Below, piece by piece: positions 1-7,928 of a DNA stretch of 27,398 bases. This stretch comes from Myxococcota bacterium (GTDB taxonomy: Bacteria; Myxococcota; JACRCW01): positions 1 through 27,398 of the forward strand of contig JBFMGU010000143.1 in the NCBI GenBank assembly GCA_040752415.1, written 5' to 3'. The position numbers were made by a program, and so were the translations under genes. Position 1 is the first letter of the stretch; each line of letters begins with the position of its first letter. The notes beneath the pieces were generated by a model, which ran no database searches, was not told the origin of the DNA, and saw only the letters and a list, made by a program, of their open reading frames with translations.

Positions 1-174
1 GCGCTCCTCCGCCAGCCGACGCAGGGATTCCTTCTGCGCCTGCCGCGCGCCCGGCGGATTGTTCCCGCTGAGGATCTCCGTCAGGAGCGCCTTGCGCGGG
101 TTGTCGTCCGCCATCGCGGCGACGTGCGCACGAAGCCGGCTCATGGCCTGCTCTTGGTTGGTCGACGGCACCAT
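1..174 (-). CDS. Hypothetical protein, N-terminal part, runs off the left edge (MVPSTNQEQAMSRLRAHVAAMADDNPRKALLTEILSG...)
   Basis: Translated by hand, not in the ORF track. ATG at 174, GAGGTG RBS overlapping the stop of the upstream gene (183), frame open to the window edge. Confidence 0.7.
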   Translation of the reverse strand, partial: MVPSTNQEQAMSRLRAHVAAMADDNPRKALLTEILSGNNPPGARQAQKESLRRLAEER

Positions 175-182
175 GGCTCACC

Positions 183-761
183 TCACAGCTTCCCGAGGGC
201 CAAGAGCAGCGTGAGCATGTCCATGCGGCCTCCGCCGCCAGACAGCCCGCCCTCGCTCATCAGGAGCAGGAGCAGCGTGGTGGTATCCAGGCCGTCACCG
301 GTCGGCGCGCCGCTGCCGTCGCGGTCCTTCAGGAGCAGGATGAGCATCAGCGGGTCAATGCCCGTGCGCTCGTTGTCCTCCGTCGGCTGGTAGAACCCGC
401 CGCCCTGGGCAGCGACCGAGGCCGTCACGCTCTTGAGGCGCATCACGTCCTGTCGCACGGCCTGGAAGGCCTGACCCACGGCGCGCGCGAACTCGCGGAA
501 CTGCTCCGTGGTGATCACGCCTTCGGGGAACATGACGCGACCACCGCGCCCGTCGGGAAGCTGGATCATGAGGTCCCGCTTGCCTTCCGGGGTTTGGCCG
601 GTGACCGCTCCAATGACGCCGCCAATGGCGTCACCCACGGCGTGCTCAATGGCCTGCATGGCGTTCCCTGCGCCGGTCATGACCTGCCCCGGCGACGGAA
701 GGCCCGGAAGGGGCAGCGGCACCGGCACAGGCAGCGGGAGGGGAATTGGGGGGGCAAACAT
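183..761 (-). CDS. Hypothetical protein (192 aa): Pro-rich N-terminus and three Gly-flanked Leu-rich motifs at the C-terminus; possible virion/membrane protein
   Basis: AAGGTG RBS before ATG 761; tightly packed in an operon; motifs GIDPLMLILLLKD, GLDTTTLLLLLMSE, GRMDMLTLLLALGKL. Confidence 0.75.
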   Translation of the reverse strand: MFAPPIPLPLPVPVPLPLPGLPSPGQVMTGAGNAMQAIEHAVGDAIGGVIGAVTGQTPEGKRDLMIQLPDGRGGRVMFPEGVITTEQFREFARAVGQAFQAVRQDVMRLKSVTASVAAQGGGFYQPTEDNERTGIDPLMLILLLKDRDGSGAPTGDGLDTTTLLLLLMSEGGLSGGGGRMDMLTLLLALGKL

Positions 762-798
762 GTTTCACCTTCTTCTCTCTGGACCACGTGGGGTCCGG

Positions 799-2469
799 TT
801 ACGCCGGCCTCATGGCCGGCGGGTTCAGGCCGAGGGCACTCGCCAACTCGGCTGAAGACGCTTCACGTTGATTTCCGACGACGTTGCCGGCAGTGCTGGC
901 CATGCCGCCCACGGCGCCGACAATGGGGCCAGCCACCGTGGCAACGGGACCGACGATCTCCGCGGCGGCCGTCAGGAACGGTCCGACGTAGGGCACGGCG
1001 GAGAGGGCAGGTCCGACGGCGCTGGCCACCGGCCCAGCGATTCCGAGCGCGGCGGCCAAGCCGCCCGACGCGGCGCCAACGAGCTTGGACAGGCCGACGA
1101 TACCTTCCTTGCTGGTGACCACTTCAAAGGCGTGACCAGCAAGATCCCCGACGCCGGCGACGACCCGACGGCCAACCTTGTTGAGGTCGGACGCGGCCTC
1201 CCTGACGTCGGGGGGAAGCAACTGCGCCGGGAAGGCAAGGTCACCGCCAGCACCAAAGCTGCCCAGGTGCACGACAGGCTTGAGGTTCACGGGCACCGCA
1301 GTGCCGTTGACGACGAGCGTGCCGTCACCATTGAACACCACTTGGCCGATCTGGCCGTCCTTGACCCCCAGGGCCTTCGCAGCGTCGGCAGTGCGGGGCT
1401 GGATGATGGCCGAGGCGGCAGTGTTGGGTTGGACCGGCCGCGGACCGTTGGCGCCCTCAATGACCGGCCGCGGGATGAGCGCTTCCGGGTTCACGAAGAT
1501 GCGCATGTCACTGAAGGGGAAGGTGCGATCAATGACGTACTCGACGGCAAAGTGCAGATGTGGCCCGTTCTGCGCGGTCCCGCTGTGCCCGCTCTCCGCA
1601 AACTGCTGACCCTGCTCCACGACGGTGCCGGGCTGCACGAGCACGCGTTGCAAGTGCGCGAACGTGAGAATGAAGCCCGTGTCGTCTTGGGAGTTGTAGT
1701 CAATGTCCGGGAAGATCCCGTCGGGGCGCACCGCGGTGGCCTTCACCACCGTGCCGCCCTCGCGCTCCTCAAAGACCTTGCGCACCATCATGCGCACCGG
1801 CGCCACCACGGGTGTGCCATCACCAGCGCGAAGATCAATCCCTCGGTGGGTCTCGTCGCCGCGGATGCTCTCGCGTGCGTCGAAGGCGCTGGTCACCGCC
1901 GAGGGGATGGCGAGAGGGGATGCCCACGCTCCTTGAGGGGCGGGCACGCTGGCGGGCAGCGGCGCGCGGGTGGCGTTGGCGTTCACGGGCTGCGCGCTGA
2001 CAGGCATGGCGCCACGCGTCTTGAATTCGTAGGCGCGCGCCAATTCGTCAGCCGTGACCTTGAAGAACAGCAGCGCCTTGCCAAAGAGGCGCCACATCTC
2101 GCGGCCCACCTCCCGCTCCTGGGCACCGGCCCGCCACGCTGCGTCCTCGACGCCGTCACGTGCCCCCACCTCGAACGTGGAAAGATCCGGTTGGCCTGAC
2201 AGCTCCTCCCGCATCGCTTCAAAGAAGCCGCGCCACATCCACGCCGTCTGGCTCTCGTCGTATTTCACGACTTGGTGCGCGGCGATGAAAGCACGGAGCC
2301 CCCCGTGGGATCCTGATGTCACGTCGGAGCCATCGCGTGTGGGCACCACCGTTTCCCGTGGCGCGCGGGGCTTGCGCGGCGGCTTCCCCGCCGCTGCCTT
2401 CTGGAGCTTCCAAGCGAGTTTGAAGTCACCACCCGCCTGGTCAATGAACTTCTTCTCAAGACCGGCCAT
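799..2469 (-). CDS. M23 (LytM-type) metallopeptidase-domain protein with unknown N-terminus and long Gly/Ala/Val-rich C-terminal tail (556 aa)
   Basis: HRGIDLRAGDGTPVVAP (HxxxD), FAHLQRVLVQPGTVVEQGQ and SGTAQNGPHLHFAV (HxH). Start moved from 2505 to ATG 2469 because of an AAAGGAGG RBS. Confidence 0.85.
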   Translation of the reverse strand: MAGLEKKFIDQAGGDFKLAWKLQKAAAGKPPRKPRAPRETVVPTRDGSDVTSGSHGGLRAFIAAHQVVKYDESQTAWMWRGFFEAMREELSGQPDLSTFEVGARDGVEDAAWRAGAQEREVGREMWRLFGKALLFFKVTADELARAYEFKTRGAMPVSAQPVNANATRAPLPASVPAPQGAWASPLAIPSAVTSAFDARESIRGDETHRGIDLRAGDGTPVVAPVRMMVRKVFEEREGGTVVKATAVRPDGIFPDIDYNSQDDTGFILTFAHLQRVLVQPGTVVEQGQQFAESGHSGTAQNGPHLHFAVEYVIDRTFPFSDMRIFVNPEALIPRPVIEGANGPRPVQPNTAASAIIQPRTADAAKALGVKDGQIGQVVFNGDGTLVVNGTAVPVNLKPVVHLGSFGAGGDLAFPAQLLPPDVREAASDLNKVGRRVVAGVGDLAGHAFEVVTSKEGIVGLSKLVGAASGGLAAALGIAGPVASAVGPALSAVPYVGPFLTAAAEIVGPVATVAGPIVGAVGGMASTAGNVVGNQREASSAELASALGLNPPAMRPA

Positions 2470-2529
2470 GACCGAGTCCTCCTTTCGGCGTTTTGATACG
2501 GACACGATAAGCAGCGCGCAGGAGTGACG

Positions 2530-2601
2530 ACGTACTACGAGCCTACGCGTAGTACGTGACCCCCGTTTCTCGTCGAGTGCCGCTGCGTAATACGCGCAGC
2601 G
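2530..2601. promoter_or_regulatory. Putative operator cluster: CGTAnTACG palindromes at 2531-2539, 2548-2556 and 2586-2594
   Basis: Read directly. The first two form a 10-bp inverted repeat (ACGTACTACG-N8-CGTAGTACGT). They lie between the divergent M23 and RHH genes. Confidence 0.55.
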
Positions 2602-2801
2602 ATCGCAGAAAACGGATCACGGAATCGCCGGTGCGCGCCATGCAAACCCGGCCGTTGTGGTGGGATATCGGATCACGTTTCTCCGCGTCCGGACGCGAAC
2701 TTTTGGCCTTCCAGGGTGTCCACCGCTATGGCCCGCGTGGCGGGCTTATTGCACGCTGGAACGAGGCGCCCGGAGTGGCCGGCGCTGGAGGAAGTACCGG
2801 G

Positions 2802-3023
2802 ATGGTGTCGAAGAAGGTCAGCAGCATCCGATGGGACGAGGAGATGCGCCAGCAGCTTGAGGAACGCGCGTGGCGCGAGCGGACCAGCGTCTCGGAACTC
2901 ATCCGATCCCTGGTCCGGCGCGGCCTTGCCCAGGACAGGCTTGCAGAGCGCCAGCAACCCGCGCCCGACCCGGACGAGGGGGAGGTGCGTACTACGGGCC
3001 CTGCGAAGACGCGTGCGCAGTGA
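2802..3023 (+). CDS. Ribbon-helix-helix (CopG/Arc-like) DNA-binding protein (73 aa)
   Basis: MVSKKVSSIRWDEEMRQQLEERAWRERTSVSELIRSLVRRGL fits the beta-strand, helix A, SxSELIR helix B pattern; GGAGG upstream of ATG 2802. Confidence 0.8.
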   Translation: MVSKKVSSIRWDEEMRQQLEERAWRERTSVSELIRSLVRRGLAQDRLAERQQPAPDPDEGEVRTTGPAKTRAQ

Positions 3024-3052
3024 TCTTCCGCCGCGTATCAACACCCCAGCAA

Positions 3053-3369
3053 TCAGCATCGTTCCCCACACAAGCAACAGGAGGTGGCCCTATGAACCCC
3101 AGTGACACCCGTGGTCTCCGCGGACGGCGACGGGGCCGGCGCGCCGTCCTCTGGCGGTGCTTGGCTGAACAGCTCGGCGAGCGCGACACCGTAGGCGGTC
3201 GACAGCGCCACGAGGCTCAACAGCGTCACGTTGGTGCGGCCTGTCTCAAGGCGGCTGAGTTGCTTGGGGTTGCGCGCTCCGCCGCCGCCTCCTGGGAAAG
3301 GCCGCGCTCGATTCGCAGCCCCCTGAGCCGCGCTCCCAGGGCGCGCCGCTCCCGCGCGAAGCTCGCCAT
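3053..3369 (-). pseudogene. XRE-family HTH regulator, frameshifted
   Basis: MASFARERRALGARLRGLRIERGLSQEAAAERA in one frame continues as PKQLSRLETGRTNVTLLSLVALSTAYGVALAELF in another. Break near 3270, where the usual G-L/I-H turn residues are missing. Confidence 0.8.
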
Positions 3370-3546
3370 GATGATGGGCTGCCGCTTGGCTTCCGGCCGT
3401 CCATGCGCATGTTGTGACCGTGGGGCAGGCACGCGGGCGCCCGGTTACGCGCCACGCCCTTGCGGGTCCAACAACTCAATTGTTACCATTGGCACCCTGT
3501 TGACGGAGCGCCGTTGCCCATTGCAGCCGCGGGAGACCCTCCCCCA

Positions 3547-3942
3547 ATGACAACTCCCAGATTGCGCATCCTCATCGTGGACGATGACGCGTTGGTGCGG
3601 GGCGCGCTCGTGCGACAGCTCCGCGCTGCTGGGTTTGACGTCGTGGGCTGTGCGGCGGATGCCGGCACGGCGGTTGAGCAGGCAGAGAAGTTGCGGCCCG
3701 ACGTTGTCACCATGGACGTGGATCTGGGCCGTGGTGCGTCCGGCTTGGAGGCAACCCGCGTGATCGCGGCCCGGCTTCGGACTTGTGTCGTCGTCGTCAC
3801 CAGTCAGGACGTTAGGGAAGCAGCATTGGAGGCGGGTGCCTGTGGGTTTGTCTCCAAGTTCGACGCACTGGAGCGCCTCGTCCCTGGGATCGTGACAGCG
3901 CACCGCGGCTGCCAAGACGCGCACGGGCACCGTGTGCCTTGA
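3547..3942 (+). CDS. Stand-alone response-regulator receiver domain protein
   Basis: RILIVDDD, RPDVVTMD (phospho-Asp), SGLEATR, VVVVTS and GACGFVSK motifs; no output domain. Confidence 0.85.
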   Translation: MTTPRLRILIVDDDALVRGALVRQLRAAGFDVVGCAADAGTAVEQAEKLRPDVVTMDVDLGRGASGLEATRVIAARLRTCVVVVTSQDVREAALEAGACGFVSKFDALERLVPGIVTAHRGCQDAHGHRVP

Positions 3943-4497
3943 GGAGTCCGCTGAAAATGAACCGCGCCATCTTGCAAAGAGCATGGACCGGCTTGGTCAG
4001 CGGCTTGATGCTCAACGCGGCCCGCGCCGTCCTGGCAAACTGAGCCGAACCGGCTCCCCCGTCACCCGCAGAGATGACCCTGTGGCAGGGAACGCCCAGG
4101 TGACTGACGTAGTGGACGCGCTTCTGACATTGCCCGCTTTGGACGTCGTCGCTCATGGTTCTTGGCGTGGACATCCACCGTGGCTTGGCGATGCTCAATT
4201 CGCTCGCGCTGCGGTTCCGCGAAGGGCTTCCAGCCCTTGAGCGCACCCTCGGGCACGGGTGGCTGCATGAACCCCGGGCTTGGCCTCCCTTCATCGTCGT
4301 GGCCCGCATCCTTCATGGCCCGCAGCGCCAAGATCAGAGCGCAAATCTGTGGCTTGACCAGGATGACAACCGGGCGTACCGTTTGAGCGCTTGACACCAA
4401 AGGGCGACCTTGCCGGCGACGGCTTGGGAGCAAATCCGCGGGCACTCTTGAAGGCTTCGCGGTGCCAAGCTGGCGTCGACGCCAGCGAGGGGGTCAG

Positions 4498-7046
4498 ATG
4501 CGAACTAGCGCTGTCGTCTTCGTGGCCGTTGTTATTGCCGTGCTTCCGTCGTGCCGGTCGAGGCAGGACGACCGAATCAGGTGTGCCTGCTTCAAGAGCA
4601 TCCAGGGCGGAACCGGAGTCGACACCATCAAGCCAACCGTTTGCTCAGATGCAGACCGCTCGGCGATGTGCCCAAAGAAGACTGCGAGCTCGCATGTGAC
4701 CGGAAAGAAGGCGGCCCGTACGAATTGGCGGATCCGCCAAGTCGGTTCAGTTGCGAGACGGACGCGGATTGCGCTGCGCCTGGGCGAGGACCGAAGTGTG
4801 CAACGCACCCGAGGACAGGACGACGAGAATGCTTCGAATCTTGTGCCGCACCGTTGACGGTCCAAGACTGCCCTGAGGTCGCCACCGGATTGATCGTCGA
4901 GTGCATCGACGATGCTTGCATAGATTTCCAGTGGGAGCGCGTGTCGGCGTGCAATCCGTTCGAGGCGGCGTTTGCCAACATTCAGGGAGATCCGGGCCGG
5001 GCGACGTCCGAATCCGTCGCCCCGTCCAGCGTCGTCGCGCATGATCTTGTCTTCGGCACTATTCGTGTTCCCGAGGATGGCACCGCGTTCCCATCACTCA
5101 GCGCCAGCACAACGCTGGCCGGCGCTCAACTGACCATCAACGCGCTCGACGGGACGGTGCCACCACAAACGATTCCGATCGCCGGCACGCCGGGATCGTG
5201 CGGTCCGGTCACGTCCACCTGTGCCCCTCCCGCATTGCCTGGTTCGTGTTCCTCAGACAGCGACTGCGTCGCTGCCGGGTCCTGCACGTCGGGTGCAATT
5301 GGGTCCGCGTGCAGTTCTGACGGCCAATGCAATGTCGTCGGAGAGTGCGACGACACGGGCTTCTGCAAGAGCGGCTCAGCAGGGTTGCCGTGCTCGAACG
5401 ATGTCAATTGCGACATCAGTGGCCAGTGCGTCTTCCTGTCGTCGTGCGTTCCACCGGCTGCGCCCGGAGCCTGCTCCAGCGACAACGACTGCGTGGTTGA
5501 AGCGTCATGCATTAGCGCCCGCGCTTGCACAAGTGCCCCCTTCCAGCCCTGCAACGAAGACGATCAGTGCGCCCCCTCGCTCGACTTGGATGGCACCACG
5601 ACGATGTCCGAGCCCTATTTCGTGCTCCTTTCGCCTGTGACGGTGCCGATAGCGGCGGACGGTTCGTTCGAGGTGCCGGCACAGGCCGCTGTGTTCGCAG
5701 CGGCGGGCTCGCTCAACTCGGCGCTCGGCGGCGCCGTGGAAGTCTCCTTCCTCGCGACCAACAGCAGTCCAATCGCTGGTGTGTACGACGAGGTCGGCGA
5801 CAACTTCACGCTGGCCGGCACACTTCAGCATCTGCCGGAGTCGCCCCTCTTGCCGGCAGCCGCTGGCGCGGACTTCAATGTGCGAATGCGGTTCGTCGGC
5901 AGGCCGCCTGTCGCGGAGGCAGGGGCTGATCGCAACGCGGTGTGCGGTGAACAGATCCAACTTCATGGAACGGCGACTGACCCCGACAACGACATAGTTT
6001 TTCAACAGTGGCTTATTGACCCGAACACTCCGACGACACAGACGCTGCCGGGTGCCGACGTCACGGTTTCGCTCGGTGTCGGCGCGCATGCCGCGACCTT
6101 CCAGGTGAGGGACTCGCGCGCCGTCTTCTCCGAGGACAGCATGGTCATTACGGTGACCAATGCTCCCCCGACGGCGGCGATCTCTGCCAATCCGACTCAG
6201 GAATGCACAAGCTCGGCCGGTGCCGACGTCAGTGTGTCGGCGGCTGGATCAAGTGATCCAGATGGATTGCCGCTGCATGCGTTCTACTGGCGGCTCGGCG
6301 CGCCGACCTCCCCCATCGTCGCCGAGGGCGCGCAGGCAACGCTTCCCCTTCCGATGGGGAGGACCACAGTCGTCTTGGAGGTCGTCGACGCTTGTGGCTC
6401 AACCGCGTTCACTACAACGGCGATCGACGTCGTCGACACCACACCGCCTGAACTGACGGAGTTCGCCTATCTTGGTCCAGCGTGCCTTTGGCCGCCAAAT
6501 CATCACTACTTCGTCGTCGACGTCAACGCTCACTTCTCTGCTCTGATTTCGGATCGCTGCTCAAACGCGACACTCACAGTGCTGTCGGCGAGCAGCAATC
6601 AGCCGGACGACGCGACCGGAGATGGAGACACCACCAACGATGTGGTCGTTCACCCGGATCACGTCTGCGTCCGGTCCGAGCGGCGCGGCAACTCCGCTGA
6701 TGCCCGGATCTACACGATCCACGTCGCAGCAATCGACGCGTCCGGCAACACATCCGACCCCTCAGTGCAGCTTCGCGTCGGTCATGACCAAGCGGGCCTG
6801 GATCGGTGTCTCGAAAATGTGCAGACCGTGGACGAGGGCGCGAGCGTTTGCCAGCCTGCTCCGCCGCCGAACGCTAGCACTCCGCCAGCGGGTTCTTCTG
6901 GCGAAGACGCGGACGACGGTAGCTCCCGCAGCATTGGGTCTGACGACGACGCCGGAGTGAATTGCTCGCACGCCGGCCACCCGTCGTTCTTCCTGGTCTG
7001 GTTGGGATTCGTCCAAGCATGGGCGCGGCGTCGGCGACGGGCGTAA
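4498..7046 (+). pseudogene. Large Cys-rich surface protein (lipoprotein signal, Cys repeats, PKD/Ig-like domains, WPPNH-motif domain, MYXO-CTERM-like tail), frameshifted near 4656
   Basis: Signal MRTSAVVFVAVVIAVLPSC starts at ATG 4498 after a GAGGGGG RBS, in a different frame from ORF 4551..7046. Adding one C at 4656-4657 joins them (CSDADPLGDVPKEDC). Also PPVAEAGADR, NAPPTAAI, LWPPNHHY and C-terminal GVNCSHAGHPSFFLVWLGFVQAWARRRRRA. Confidence 0.7.
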
Positions 7047-7064
7047 ATGGGAGGTCTTGTGCAA

Positions 7065-7923
7065 ATGCGTTCCGCCCTCGTTTTGTGCGCCGGGTTATTG
7101 GCCTGCGGCGCTGACAGCCGTTTCAAGCAACTCGCGGCCGGCAACAACTTGACCTGCGGCATTCTCGACGACGACTCGCTCGTCTGTTGGGGCGTCAACA
7201 ACGTCGGACAATCTGAACCGCCGACCGGCTCCTTCAAACGTGTCAGCGTGGGGTTGGCTCACGCTTGCGCGATCCGACAGGACGACTCACTTGCCTGCTG
7301 GGGTGACAACGGATCGGGTCGGGCGAGCCCACCCTCTGGCACATTCAAGGACGTGTCCGCGTCGCAGGCCTTCACCTGCGCTGTGTCGTTGACGGGGGAG
7401 ATTTCGTGCTTCGGTTCCGACGCGCCCCGCGCCCATTCCACAGGGCACCTTTGAGCGCGTCGCGGCCGGAGACATTCATGCTTGCGCACTGCGAAGCGAC
7501 ATGACTGTGGCCTGTTGGGGAGAGAATACGGACCGCATCGAGGCGCCAACAGGCGCGTTTTCCGAGGTAGCGGCTGGTTCTTCGCAGATTTGCGCGATTG
7601 CGCAAGATGGGGGGGTGTCGTGTTGGGGCCGCAATACCCAGGCTCCCAGTGGTGGTTTCCGAGCGATCAGCACCGTCATGGAGCACGCCTGCGGTGTCCG
7701 TACCGATGGAAACTTGGTGTGCTGGGGGTTGAATGACTGGGGGCAGGCAAGCCCGCCGACGGGCCGTTTCAAAGACGTGGCGGCCGGTTGGAGACACACG
7801 TGTGCGATCCGTGACGACGACACCGTGGCGTGCTGGGGCTCTCCTTATGGGGGCGCTACGACTTCGCGCTACGTCAAGGAAACCATCCTTCCGATACCGA
7901 CGTGTATCGGTCCAGCGTGCTGA
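7065..7923 (+). pseudogene. RCC1/BLIP-II-like repeat lipoprotein, frameshifted at the C-run 7425-7428
   Basis: Lipobox GLLAC after a GGGAGG RBS. Repeats of type F..V.AG..H.CAI..D..V.CWG.N occur in both ORFs 7047..7454 and 7501..7923. Removing one C gives DAPAPIPQGTFERVAAGDIHACALRSDMTVACWG. Confidence 0.8.
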
Positions 7924-7928
7924 CCCCA

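Noticed and set aside
868..2199. 443-aa plus-strand ORF
   Set aside because: Antisense shadow of the M23 gene, as expected in high-GC DNA; no motifs.
2556..2801. N-terminal extension of ORF 2556..3023
   Set aside because: Covers the palindrome-rich regulatory region; the RHH fold starts at ATG 2802, which has its own RBS.
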